DNA of 43,505 nt from NCBI GenBank assembly GCA_015485715.1, contig WFTA01000003.1:1-43505 (forward strand), read 5' to 3'. The notes below the pieces were generated by a model. That model saw nothing but the letters and a program-made list of their open reading frames with translations, made no database searches and had not been told where the DNA came from. The stretch comes from Patescibacteria group bacterium. Its GTDB lineage: Bacteria > Patescibacteriota > Patescibacteriia > WFTA01 > S139-112. Positions 10,284-19,748 of the stretch are shown in pieces. Each line of letters begins with the position of its first letter. The stretch's first letter is position 1. The position numbers were made by a program, and so were the translations under genes.

Positions 10284-10505
10284 ATTTTCAAATTTTCAAT
10301 TTACAACCCCAGTCATACGACGGGGTAAAATTTTCAATCAATTCCTCAATTTTCCAATGAATTAAATTCCCCAACATTGCAGCATACATCAGTCTTATGG
10401 TCTAAACCATTAAAACATTAAGTCATTGTAAATTCATTGGTTAATTGAAAATTTGAAAATTATTTTGGGGTTTGTTTAGTATTTAGAATTTCGTATTTAG
10501 AATTT
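10284..10505. repeat. Intergenic hairpin element with 18-bp inverted arms, 105-bp repeat core and heptamer tract
   Basis: ATTTTCAAATTTTCAATT (10284-10301) pairs with AATTGAAAATTTGAAAAT (10443-10460). 10335-10439 matches the reverse complement of 38900-39004 with 6 mismatches. Confidence 0.9.
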
Positions 10506-10532
10506 ATTATATCAGTGGTGTGGGTTCCTGTC

Positions 10533-10561
10533 TTGATTAAATTTAAATAAAATGATATACT
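10533..10561 (+). promoter_or_regulatory. Sigma70-type promoter of uvrA
   Basis: TTGATT-17 nt-TATACT. Confidence 0.6.
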
Positions 10562-10621
10562 GCTTCAAGTCAAAAAGCTCGGAAAGCTGTTTTTTTATTA
10601 AAATTTAGGTTAGATATAATT

Positions 10622-13564
10622 ATGGCTGTAAAAAAGACCAGAATCAATAGTCAGGATATAAATTTTATAGAAGTTAAAGGAGCAAGAGTACATAATTTAA
10701 AAAATATAGATGTTAAAATTCCGCGTAACAAGCTTATAGTTATCACAGGACTTTCAGGTTCAGGCAAGTCTTCGCTTGCTTTTGATACTATCTATGCTGA
10801 AGGGCAAAGAAGGTATGTTGAATCTTTATCCAGTTATGCCCGGCAGTTTTTGGGTGTAATGGATAAACCTGATGTGGACAGGATTGACGGGCTGTCTCCT
10901 GCTATCTCCATAGATCAGAAATCCATATCTCACAATCCCAGATCAACTGTTGGGACTGTAACTGAGATATATGATTATCTGAGGCTTTTGTATGCCCGCA
11001 TAGGAATACCGCATTGTCCTCAGTGTGAATTGCCTATAGAAAAACAAACCACCACCCAAATTGTAGACAAACTGATATCTCAGCTGGCCGGAAAAGCAGT
11101 CTATGTGCTTGCTCCTATTGTAAAGGATAAAAAAGGAGAGCATAAAAAAATATTTTCAGAAGCCAGAAAAGTGGGTTTTTCGTATGTACGGGTAGATGGT
11201 GATCTTATTTCCATAGAAGAGGCAGAAGATTTGAGTTTAGATAAAAAGAAAAAGCACTCCATAGATCTGGTAGTAGACAAGATGATTGTTCCTGATAGGA
11301 TTGATAACTCGTTTCAGGAGATCATAGAGTCAGCACTTGATCTGGGGAATGGCGTGATATATATACTTGAGATTGGAACTGACAAAGAGAGTGTCTTTAG
11401 TCAGCATTTTTCCTGTCCCAAGTGCGGGATAGACCTGCCGGAGCTTGAGCCTCGAAATTTTTCCTTTAACTCTCCTCATGGCGCCTGTCCTGCCTGTACA
11501 GGACTGGGTATAAAGCTTGAGGCAGATCCTGATCTTATCATACCAAATAAAAACTTAACAATTGCAGAAGGAGCAATCAGGCCTTGGCAGAAGAATGTAT
11601 CTGTTTTTAACTGGTATATGAAAGTGCTTGAGAGGGTTGCAGCTGAATATGGATTTTCTCTTCATACACCTGTAAAAGACTTGAATAAGAAGCATTTGGA
11701 TATCATACTTTACGGACTTCCCAAAGGAAAAACACTTAAAGCAGGAAATATATCGGCATATTCAGGCTTTACTGAAGTGGTCTGGGAAGGTGTAGTACCA
11801 TCACTTGAAAAAAGATACCATGAAACAGATTCTGATTATGTCAAAAAAGAGATAGAAAGATATATGAGAGAAAAAGTATGTGCTGTATGTAAAGGTAAAA
11901 GGCTTAAAAAGGAGGTTTTAAGCGTAAAGGTGGCAGGTTTTTCCATTGATGAGGTGGTAAATATGTCTATTGAAAAATTTGTTAAAATTTTCCAATGGCT
12001 GAGCTTATCCCCCAAGCACCAAAAAACAGAAGCAAACAAAAAGATGTGGAAAGATCTTAAGATAAAAGATAAGATATTTATCACAGAAAGGCAATACGAG
12101 ATAGCTCATCAGATCATCAGAGAAATTGCCTCCAGAGCTGCGTTTTTAAACAAAGTAGGGCTTGGCTATCTTACACTTGACAGAACAGCAACTTCTCTTT
12201 CAGGTGGAGAGGCACAGAGAATAAGGCTGGCCACGCAAATAGGATCAGCTTTAACTGGTGTTTTGTATGTTTTAGATGAGCCTTCTATAGGGCTTCATCA
12301 GAGAGATAATCACAGACTTATAGAAACCCTGAAGGCACTAAGAGATTTGGGCAATACTGTTATAGTGGTAGAGCATGATGAGGATACCATAATGTCAGCT
12401 GATTATGTAATAGACATCGGTCCGGGCGCAGGCGAGCACGGAGGAGAAATAGTGGCTGCTGGAACTCCTAATTTTATCAAGAACAACCCTTCATCACTTA
12501 CAGGCAGGTATTTGTCAGGCAAGTTGTCTATAGAAGCGCCCAAAAAATACAGGAAAGGAAACGGCAAATATATAGAGATAAAAGGGGCCAGAGAACACAA
12601 TCTGAAGAACATAGATGTTAAAATACCTCTGGAAAAATTTGTAGTCATCACAGGCTTGTCAGGATCTGGTAAATCCACACTTATAGATGATATTTTATCC
12701 CGCGCCCTTTATCAGCATTTTTACAATTCCAAAGATATGCCCGGTAAACACAAGCAGATAAAGGGTATAGAGCATATAGACAAAGTCATCACAGTTGACC
12801 AGTCGCCAATCGGCAGGACACCAAGATCAAATCCTGCCACTTATACAGGCGTGTTTACTCCTATAAGAGATTTGTTTACTCAGGTTCCTGAGGCCAGAAT
12901 CAGAGGGTATAAAGCAGGTATGTTTTCTTTTAATGTTCAGGGCGGCAGATGTGAGGCCTGTCAGGGAGACGGATTTGTAAAAATTGAGATGCACTTTTTA
13001 CCTGATGTTTATGTTGAATGTGAAGAGTGTAAGGGCAAAAGGTACAACAGGCAGGTTTTGGAGATTTTTTGGAAGGGAAAAAATATAGCAGATGTGCTTG
13101 AAATGACAGTAGAGGAAGCTATGAACTTTTTCTATACCATACCCCAGATACATGACAAACTGAAAGTTTTATATGAAGTCGGTCTTGGATATATCAAGCT
13201 GGGACAGCCTGCCACAACTCTTTCAGGAGGCGAAGCCCAGAGAGTAAAGCTTGCAACTGAGCTTTCCAAAAAATCAACAGGCAGAACATTGTATATTTTG
13301 GATGAACCGACAACAGGGCTTCATTTTGATGACATCAAAAGACTGCTTAATATTTTAAACAGGCTTGTGGACAAGGGAAACACTGTGCTTGTCATAGAAC
13401 ATAATCTGGATGTTATCAAATGCGCTGACTGGATTATAGATTTAGGACCTGAAGGAGGAGACAGAGGCGGTGAAATAGTTGCTCAAGGCACACCAAAAGA
13501 TGTAGCAAAGGTCAAAAAAAGCTACACAGGCCAGTTTTTAAGAGAAGTTTTAAAAAGTAGGTAG
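10622..13564 (+). CDS. uvrA: Excinuclease ABC subunit A
   Basis: Two GLSGSGKS Walker A motifs, CxxC zinc fingers, LSGGEAQR signatures. Confidence 0.98.
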   Translation: MAVKKTRINSQDINFIEVKGARVHNLKNIDVKIPRNKLIVITGLSGSGKSSLAFDTIYAEGQRRYVESLSSYARQFLGVMDKPDVDRIDGLSPAISIDQKSISHNPRSTVGTVTEIYDYLRLLYARIGIPHCPQCELPIEKQTTTQIVDKLISQLAGKAVYVLAPIVKDKKGEHKKIFSEARKVGFSYVRVDGDLISIEEAEDLSLDKKKKHSIDLVVDKMIVPDRIDNSFQEIIESALDLGNGVIYILEIGTDKESVFSQHFSCPKCGIDLPELEPRNFSFNSPHGACPACTGLGIKLEADPDLIIPNKNLTIAEGAIRPWQKNVSVFNWYMKVLERVAAEYGFSLHTPVKDLNKKHLDIILYGLPKGKTLKAGNISAYSGFTEVVWEGVVPSLEKRYHETDSDYVKKEIERYMREKVCAVCKGKRLKKEVLSVKVAGFSIDEVVNMSIEKFVKIFQWLSLSPKHQKTEANKKMWKDLKIKDKIFITERQYEIAHQIIREIASRAAFLNKVGLGYLTLDRTATSLSGGEAQRIRLATQIGSALTGVLYVLDEPSIGLHQRDNHRLIETLKALRDLGNTVIVVEHDEDTIMSADYVIDIGPGAGEHGGEIVAAGTPNFIKNNPSSLTGRYLSGKLSIEAPKKYRKGNGKYIEIKGAREHNLKNIDVKIPLEKFVVITGLSGSGKSTLIDDILSRALYQHFYNSKDMPGKHKQIKGIEHIDKVITVDQSPIGRTPRSNPATYTGVFTPIRDLFTQVPEARIRGYKAGMFSFNVQGGRCEACQGDGFVKIEMHFLPDVYVECEECKGKRYNRQVLEIFWKGKNIADVLEMTVEEAMNFFYTIPQIHDKLKVLYEVGLGYIKLGQPATTLSGGEAQRVKLATELSKKSTGRTLYILDEPTTGLHFDDIKRLLNILNRLVDKGNTVLVIEHNLDVIKCADWIIDLGPEGGDRGGEIVAQGTPKDVAKVKKSYTGQFLREVLKSR

Positions 13565-13572
13565 GAAAATAT

Positions 13573-13803
13573 ATGACCAGAGTAAATACAGAAAGAGTTA
13601 CTCCTGTGCCAGAGATTTGTGACACAGGAGACTCTACAAAAAAACCAAAAGAACCAAATTATACTGATAAACAGTACAAAAATGAAGGACAATTATCAGA
13701 TTTTTCAAAAAAGACAGAAGATTTATATACTAATTCAGATGTTTATAACGAGAATGGTGAGAGAGCAACAGGTCCTGGAAAGCGGATTGATATAAGAGCG
13801 TAA
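13573..13803 (+). CDS. Small hypothetical protein
   Basis: 76-aa ATG ORF 8 nt after the uvrA stop; no recognisable motif. Confidence 0.5.
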   Translation: MTRVNTERVTPVPEICDTGDSTKKPKEPNYTDKQYKNEGQLSDFSKKTEDLYTNSDVYNENGERATGPGKRIDIRA

Positions 13804-13846
13804 ACATTTACTTAAAGTGGTTTCCGGAGTTTTCCACAGGCAGGGC

Positions 13847-13890
13847 TTGGATAGGAATACAGTATGTGCTATAATACCCTATGGGGGTAT
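13847..13890 (+). promoter_or_regulatory. Promoter with overlapping CsoR operator
   Basis: TTGGAT-17 nt-TATAAT (extended TG) with the pseudo-palindrome ATACCC-TATGG-GGGTAT at 13874-13890. This C-tract/G-tract form is typical of CsoR/RcnR operators, and csoR lies downstream. Confidence 0.85.
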
Positions 13891-13956
13891 ATGGTATTAA
13901 ATACGAAATCCTAAATTCTAAATTCTAAACCCTAAACATATAGAATTCCAAATACC

Positions 13957-14121
13957 AAAATCCAAATGTCAAATAAAATCCCAAGTCCCAAATCCAAAAT
14001 AACAATAATGATAGTTTTGGCTTTGACACTGTACATTGGTCGACTTGCCCAGCTTCACTTTTTGAGGTAAATCTTGCTATAAAGCCAATGGGTATATAAT
14101 TTGATTTAAAGCAACATATCT
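13957..14121 (+). repeat. 165-bp dispersed repeat, copy 2
   Basis: Inverted copy of 3718-3882; preceded by a heptamer tract at about 13899-13938. Confidence 0.95.
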
Positions 14122-14223
14122 GCAGATAATGTTGAAAAGTGGGGCTGGATTAGATATTAAAAATTGTTTATAAAACTTGCCCCGTCGAATGACTGGGGTT
14201 ACAAAATTAAAAATTTTTCTTAC

Positions 14224-14496
14224 ATGCAAGGGAAAATACAAAAAGATTATAAAAAAAGACTGATACACAGGCTTAGGATTATTCAGGGCCAGATTAAGGG
14301 ATTGGAGAAGATGGTAGAAGAAGAAAAATACTGTATAGAGATTCTCAGGCAGTCTAAAGCTCTGCGCAAATCTCTGGAGAGTTTTGATGAGCTGATGTTG
14401 AAAAACCATCTGAAAACCCATTTATCCAATGGTAAAAATTTAAAAGATTCAGACAAATTGGTAAAAGAGATTATAGATTTATTAAAATATTGTTAA
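14224..14496 (+). CDS. csoR: CsoR/RcnR-family metal-sensing repressor
   Basis: RLRIIQGQIKGLEKMVEEEKYC...NHLKTH (C-H-H ligand set). The ATG at 14224 is preferred over the TTG at 14164, which lies in repeat DNA. Confidence 0.9.
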   Translation: MQGKIQKDYKKRLIHRLRIIQGQIKGLEKMVEEEKYCIEILRQSKALRKSLESFDELMLKNHLKTHLSNGKNLKDSDKLVKEIIDLLKYC

Positions 14497-14497
14497 T

Positions 14498-14791
14498 ATG
14501 ATAGGTACAGGGAGAAAAATATATATATTTGTGTTGGGAGTTCTTGTTTTTTTGATGTTTTTTGGTATTTTCGGTGCAAATATAAATATAGGCCATGATA
14601 TGTCAGGGTCGACCCAGTGTTTTGGAACTCAATGCGGACCTATAGAGCATATTACAGTGCATGTATATAATATCCCTGATGCTGTCTCTGTCTCTCCTGA
14701 TTTTTATGCATATGGCAGTTTGTTATTTAATCAAAGCAGATATAAGTTTGAATATGTAAAAAATATATACCATCCCCCCAAGGCAGTGTAG
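14498..14791 (+). CDS. Small membrane/exported Cys-His protein ending in HPP (DUF2946-like architecture)
   Basis: N-terminal hydrophobic helix, H-x-M..C-x4-C..H, C-terminal IYHPPKAV. Confidence 0.6.
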   Translation: MIGTGRKIYIFVLGVLVFLMFFGIFGANINIGHDMSGSTQCFGTQCGPIEHITVHVYNIPDAVSVSPDFYAYGSLLFNQSRYKFEYVKNIYHPPKAV

Positions 14792-14829
14792 TGTTTTGAT
14801 GTCTGATATTTACAATTAATAATAAATAT

Positions 14830-15300
14830 ATGAAAAAAACACTCATTGCCTTGTTGGTGGTTTTAGCCATTGGAAGTGTATATTTAATTTTGTCAAAAGA
14901 TAACAGATCAAGAAAAGATACGCCTTTAGGACCCAAAATTGTCAGATTATACAAATCTCCCACCTGCGGATGCTGTGACGGATATGCAAAGTATCTTAAA
15001 TGGAACGGATATGAGGTTGAGGTAAGAAATGTTGCTGATATGTCTGTTATAAAAAAGAAATATAATGTTCCTTCAAATTTATTCAGTTGCCATACTGTAG
15101 ATTTTGGTGACTATGTGGTGGAAGGTCATATACCAATTGAGGCAATAGATAAACTGTTTACAGAAAAACCAGACATAAAGGGTATAGGTATGCCGGGTAT
15201 GCCTGCAGGATCCCCGGGTATGGGCGGATCCAAAAAAGGTCCTTTTAATGTCTATACTATAGAAAAAGACGGTAGTATACAGGAATTTATTAGTATATAA
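14830..15300 (+). CDS. DUF411 / CopG-like metal-binding protein
   Basis: YKSPTCGCC, SCHT, EGHIP and PGMPAGSPGMGG motifs with an N-terminal anchor. Confidence 0.92.
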   Translation: MKKTLIALLVVLAIGSVYLILSKDNRSRKDTPLGPKIVRLYKSPTCGCCDGYAKYLKWNGYEVEVRNVADMSVIKKKYNVPSNLFSCHTVDFGDYVVEGHIPIEAIDKLFTEKPDIKGIGMPGMPAGSPGMGGSKKGPFNVYTIEKDGSIQEFISI

Positions 15301-15302
15301 GT

Positions 15303-15815
15303 ATGCTTGTTAGAATAGCAATATTTATAGCGCTGTTTATACCCGGCTATGTATCAGCACATTGCCCTTTGTGTACTGCAGGCGCAGGGGCTGTGGCAGG
15401 CGCAGCAGTTTTGTTTGGTGTTCAAAATTCAGTTGTTGGGTTGTTTCTGGGAGCGTTTGCTATGGCTTTGGGACTGTGGTTTGGAAAGAAATTAAAGTTT
15501 AACTTGAAATACAAAGAAGAGCTGGCTGGAGTATTGTCGTGGGTTTTAACCATCCTGCCTCTTATGCCGCTGTTTAAGAGTTATACAGCTTTATATGTAT
15601 ATTTGGCCGGAGATTATGGGAGCTTGTTGAACAGGTCGTACATTGTAGATAAATTTATTATAGGAAGTATAGTAGGTGCTCTGATAGTATATATATCTCC
15701 CTATATCAGCAGAAGAATATCTGAAATCAGGAAAAAGACTATTGATTTTCAGGGTGTTATAATAACATTTGTTTTACTGGCTGTAGTTGGTATTATTTTC
15801 CAGATAGTCCTATGA
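15303..15815 (+). CDS. Membrane protein with N-terminal HCPLC motif
   Basis: Signal-like start, then AHCPLC and about 4 TM segments. Confidence 0.75.
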   Translation: MLVRIAIFIALFIPGYVSAHCPLCTAGAGAVAGAAVLFGVQNSVVGLFLGAFAMALGLWFGKKLKFNLKYKEELAGVLSWVLTILPLMPLFKSYTALYVYLAGDYGSLLNRSYIVDKFIIGSIVGALIVYISPYISRRISEIRKKTIDFQGVIITFVLLAVVGIIFQIVL

Positions 15816-16249
15816 TGTATGAGTTGTATACAACAATAATGGTAATTGCTGTATTTGCGGTTGTCTTGGTGTTAAAGAGTTTATTAAAAAAAGATATTTG
15901 TGTGCTATGTGCAAGTGTATCAGTTGTGTGGATAGTTTTGCTGGCAGGTTTGACTACAGGGATGTGGCAGGACATGGTATCTGTGGCAGTTTTAATGGGT
16001 GCAAGTCTTACAGGAGGATATTATTATCTGGAGTCAAAGCTGAAGAAAGAGTGGATGGTATTCAGATTTCCTATATTTATTACAGGATTATCTCTTGTGT
16101 TTTCTGTTGTTGAGAGAGGGGTTAATGTTTATTTATGGATGATAACAGGGATTTTATGGCTCGTAGTATATATACTCTATGTGTTTAGAGATAAGTCTGG
16201 TTTGAGGAGAATAGTTAAAAATATTATAGAGTGTTGCCGAAAATGGTAA
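15812..16249 (+). CDS. Membrane protein with CxxC and C-terminal CC motifs
   Basis: ICVLC, several TM helices, ECCRKW end; ATGA overlap with the upstream gene. Confidence 0.75.
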   Translation: MMYELYTTIMVIAVFAVVLVLKSLLKKDICVLCASVSVVWIVLLAGLTTGMWQDMVSVAVLMGASLTGGYYYLESKLKKEWMVFRFPIFITGLSLVFSVVERGVNVYLWMITGILWLVVYILYVFRDKSGLRRIVKNIIECCRKW

Positions 16250-16270
16250 TTATAATTAATTAAAAAAAAT

Positions 16271-17008
16271 ATGAAAAACATAAAGAAGTTGGCAATATTT
16301 GCCTTGATTGGTATATTTATTATACCGTATGCAGTATTTGCTCATATGGGAAATGCTGACCAGAATGTGTCCCAAAATATTGAAAGTCAGCTTCAGGAAG
16401 CTGTACAAAAGATACTGAAAGATCAGAATATAAAAGATAAGGTTGACATAGACTGCGGCAAAGTTTCAGATGATAGTTTTGAGGAGCTGGGAGAGGTTGT
16501 AATGAGTCTGATGCATCCTGATGAAGAAGAACATACAGCAATGGATAATATGATGGGAGGAGAAGGGTCCGACACCCTGAGACAGATGCATATTAATATG
16601 GGCAGAAGTTATTTGGGATGCTTTGATGGGAGGTATATACCTTCCATGGGTATGATGATGGGTATGATGGGTGTCAGAGGAGGAATGGGCTTTGACGGAA
16701 GAGCCGGCATGATGGATGAAGATATGATGAATGGGGATATGATGGAAGACAGAGAAGGGAGCAGTTATGTAGGCGATACTGTCTATAGAAATCCGTTTGG
16801 TATGCGCAGTGCTGTTTTGATGCCGCTGTGGGGGTGGATAGTAATGGTTGTAGCAGGTATAGCATTTGTTTTTTTGATAGTCTGGGTTGTAAATGGATTT
16901 TCTGGCGGCAGATCTGGGAGCCCTCTCGATATTCTTAAGGAAAGATATGTCAAGGGAGAGATAAACAGAGATGAGTACGAAAGAATGAAAAAAGAAATTA
17001 TGGATTAA
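16271..17008 (+). CDS. Met/His-rich exported protein with TM helix and C-terminal SHOCT domain
   Basis: Signal peptide, MHPDEEEH..MMGGEGS, MGMMMGMMG, ILKERYVKGEINRDEYERMKK. Confidence 0.85.
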   Translation: MKNIKKLAIFALIGIFIIPYAVFAHMGNADQNVSQNIESQLQEAVQKILKDQNIKDKVDIDCGKVSDDSFEELGEVVMSLMHPDEEEHTAMDNMMGGEGSDTLRQMHINMGRSYLGCFDGRYIPSMGMMMGMMGVRGGMGFDGRAGMMDEDMMNGDMMEDREGSSYVGDTVYRNPFGMRSAVLMPLWGWIVMVVAGIAFVFLIVWVVNGFSGGRSGSPLDILKERYVKGEINRDEYERMKKEIMD

Positions 17009-17029
17009 ATTATAATTTACTAATAAAAT

Positions 17030-17479
17030 ATGAGAAAAATATTATGGCTTATAATTATTGTAGTGATAATTGTGATAGCTGTTGCTGTTACAAAATCACC
17101 TTCATCTGTACAAGTGTCTGAGAATCAGACACAAAACAGTCAAGAGACGGTTGAGTCTCAGAATACATTAGTGTCATATAAGAACATAACCCCTGATGAA
17201 TTATACGAGATGATGCAAAACAAAGATTTTACACTGATTGATGTGCATATACCTGAACAAAAACACATCAAGGGAACAGATAAATTTATACCTTACAATG
17301 AGATAAGAATGAGAGCAGACGAGCTTCCTCAGGATAAGAACGCCAAGATAGTACTTTACTGCAGATCAGGAGCTATGAGTGCTGTAGCTGCAGAGGAATT
17401 AGTAAAGATGGGATATAAGAATGTATATAATCTGGAAGGAGGTATTATAGCATGGCAGGATAGGGGATATGAAATTTAG
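17030..17479 (+). CDS. Membrane-anchored rhodanese domain protein
   Basis: LIDV, HIKG, YCRSGAMS active loop, LEGGIIAW. Confidence 0.92.
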   Translation: MRKILWLIIIVVIIVIAVAVTKSPSSVQVSENQTQNSQETVESQNTLVSYKNITPDELYEMMQNKDFTLIDVHIPEQKHIKGTDKFIPYNEIRMRADELPQDKNAKIVLYCRSGAMSAVAAEELVKMGYKNVYNLEGGIIAWQDRGYEI

Positions 17480-17512
17480 CAATCAAATTATTAACAACAT
17501 AATTTAATATCT

Positions 17513-18646
17513 ATGGATCACAAAAATCACAATTCAGGAGGCAGGGAAAAGGTTAAGGTATGGATGGTGGTATTTGCCTTTATTTTGTTTTCAGTGATGA
17601 TTGCAGGGGGATTTTGGCTTTTTACAACTCCCGGACAGGCTGTTAATATAACTTTTGCTTATGTGGTTGGTCTGTCGATGATAGTTTTGCCATGTACCCT
17701 GCCTCTTGCTTTTGTGATTGTTCCTTTAGCAATGAAGCAAAGCCCGAAAAAAGGCCTTATGATGGCTCTTTTGTTTGGCTTGGGACTGTCCATTACTCTG
17801 TCTTTATATGGTGTATTTATTGCATGGGTGGGAAAGATTATCGGACTTGATGCGGCTATAAGTCAGGCAGGAACTCTAAGCAGGATATTGTTTATTACAG
17901 GAGGTCTGGCTGCATTTGTATTCGGGCTTTCAGAGCTTGGGCTGATAAAATTTAAAATTCCCGGATTTTCAGGCTCCTATCCCCAGTGGATTGTAAGCAG
18001 AGGAGACTATCTAAAAGCTTTTTTTCTGGGTTTGTTTTTAGGCAATGCCGGAGTAGGATGTCCCAATCCTCTCTTCTATGTCTTGCTTGGAGACATAGCA
18101 GTTGTTGGAAGCCTTACACACGGCTGGTGGCTTGGATTTATACATGGAGTTGGAAGAGCAACTCCTCTGATATTTTTAACTATACTTGGAATTTTGGGTA
18201 TAAATGCAGTGAGTAAGGTTGCAGAAAAAGGTGTACTGGTGAAGAAAATATCAGGATGGGTTTTGATTATACTCGGTGCTTTTATATTTATAAACGGCAC
18301 CTCACATAACTGGTATGAAAACAGTGCAATTCACAGAGGATGGAATAAAATAGTCAGAACAGTGGGAGGAGAAAATATAGCAGAAAGAATGGAGCATAAA
18401 GATCCTGAAGGAATACCCAAAGAACATATTGATATGCAAGTAAGCAGTCTGGAGGATCATGATGATTCAGGAGTGCCTCCTTTACACGGCCATATAGTTA
18501 TGGAAGGACAGGGCGAAGATCATGATGCCAAAGAAGCAGATGATATTATACCTGAGCCATGGCCACCCGTTGTGCTTATTGTCCTGATTTTTGGAACATA
18601 TATATGGTACAGGATCAAAAACAAAGGACAGAAAATTGAAAAATAA
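17513..18646 (+). CDS. CcdA/DsbD-like transmembrane electron transporter with His-rich C-terminal loop
   Basis: LPCTLP and GCPNP conserved Cys pair; multiple TM helices. Confidence 0.8.
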   Translation: MDHKNHNSGGREKVKVWMVVFAFILFSVMIAGGFWLFTTPGQAVNITFAYVVGLSMIVLPCTLPLAFVIVPLAMKQSPKKGLMMALLFGLGLSITLSLYGVFIAWVGKIIGLDAAISQAGTLSRILFITGGLAAFVFGLSELGLIKFKIPGFSGSYPQWIVSRGDYLKAFFLGLFLGNAGVGCPNPLFYVLLGDIAVVGSLTHGWWLGFIHGVGRATPLIFLTILGILGINAVSKVAEKGVLVKKISGWVLIILGAFIFINGTSHNWYENSAIHRGWNKIVRTVGGENIAERMEHKDPEGIPKEHIDMQVSSLEDHDDSGVPPLHGHIVMEGQGEDHDAKEADDIIPEPWPPVVLIVLIFGTYIWYRIKNKGQKIEK

Positions 18647-18690
18647 AGGTCGCTTTTTATCCCTGTCTTTATAATTAAAAATAGTCCATT

Positions 18691-18954
18691 ATGGTTAAAG
18701 TACAGCTTTTAACATCAATAGGATGCAGTCATTGTGCTCATGCAAAAGAGGTTCTAAAAGAAGTAAGCGAGCAATATCCTGACCTTGAAGTAGAAGAAAT
18801 AGATATTACAACAGACAAGGGTCAGGAAATGGTGTCCAAGTATATGGTAATGTCTTCTCCCGGAGTGATAATAAACGGAGAGCTTTTCTCTCAGGGAGGA
18901 CTTGAAAAAGATAAGCTCATATCTAAGCTTGAGGAACTAAAGTCACAAAATTAA
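18691..18954 (+). CDS. Small thioredoxin/glutaredoxin-like protein
   Basis: CSHC and SSPGVIING. Confidence 0.9.
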   Translation: MVKVQLLTSIGCSHCAHAKEVLKEVSEQYPDLEVEEIDITTDKGQEMVSKYMVMSSPGVIINGELFSQGGLEKDKLISKLEELKSQN

Positions 18955-18983
18955 AATTTAAACAGGAAAGGAGGTGAGAGAGT

Positions 18984-19250
18984 ATGAACAATCAAAATTT
19001 CTGGCAAAAAGGCCTTCGTCTCGGGGTATTTTTTGCGATTCTATTTGTAATCTGCTTTATATGGTATTATTTGAGGGGAGGATCTGATGAAATAAAAACA
19101 CTTCACAACAGCCTGTTTGAATTGTCGTTTTTTGGCTGGTCGGGTATGAATACACCCAGTTTCATATACGGCATTATTCAGTCATTTATCTGGGGATATA
19201 TTGCTGTTGCTTTGTGGAATTTATCAGGATTGTTTATAAGTAAAAAATAG
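18984..19250 (+). CDS. Small 2-TM membrane protein (DUF5676-like), paralog of 24861-25118
   Basis: SFIYGIIQSFIWGY vs SFILGLIQIYIWGW; strong SD AAAGGAGGTGA at 18967-18977. Confidence 0.75.
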   Translation: MNNQNFWQKGLRLGVFFAILFVICFIWYYLRGGSDEIKTLHNSLFELSFFGWSGMNTPSFIYGIIQSFIWGYIAVALWNLSGLFISKK

Positions 19251-19253
19251 TTT

Positions 19254-19640
19254 ATGTCTAATTATGGGATTTCCAAAAAGGTTAATCTAAGTTTTGAGGA
19301 GGCGGTTGAGAAAACAATTTCAGCTTTAAAGGAGAAGGGATTTGGTATTTTGACAGAGATAGATGTTAAGGCTACTCTTAAGGAAAAGCTTGGTATTGAT
19401 TATAAAAATTACAGGATATTGGGAGCATGTAATCCACCACGGGCACATAAGGCTCTGGAGAGTGAGGAAGAGATTGGATTGCTTCTGCCTTGTAATGTAA
19501 TAGTGTATGAGGGAGAAGATGGTGTGGTAGTATCTGCCATTGACCCTGTAAAAGCTTTTTCCATAGTTGATAATGAAAATCTGGCTCCTCTGGCAGAAGA
19601 AGTCAGACAAATGCTGACAGAAGTGATTGAGAGTTTGTAA
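19254..19640 (+). CDS. DUF302 family protein
   Basis: GFGILTEIDV, ILGACNP, GLLLPCNV. Confidence 0.93.
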   Translation: MSNYGISKKVNLSFEEAVEKTISALKEKGFGILTEIDVKATLKEKLGIDYKNYRILGACNPPRAHKALESEEEIGLLLPCNVIVYEGEDGVVVSAIDPVKAFSIVDNENLAPLAEEVRQMLTEVIESL

Positions 19641-19656
19641 TTATTATATAACTCAG

Positions 19657-19693
19657 ATTCAAAAAACACAGCTTTTTGCTGTGTTTTTTGAAT
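19657..19693. terminator. Bidirectional intrinsic terminator
   Basis: ATTCAAAAAACACAGC-TTTTT-GCTGTGTTTTTTGAAT between convergent genes. Confidence 0.85.
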
Positions 19694-19748
19694 TATAGTC
19701 TACCCAGCGATACATCTACAGCAGATGATTATATAATTTCAGGTTTTA

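Noticed and set aside
10530..10621. LexA box upstream of uvrA
   Set aside because: No GAAC-N4-GTTC or CTGT-N8-ACAG pattern seen.
14164..14223. Longer csoR start from the ORF track
   Set aside because: The extension runs through the repeat hairpin; the ATG at 14224 gives a normal 90-aa protein.
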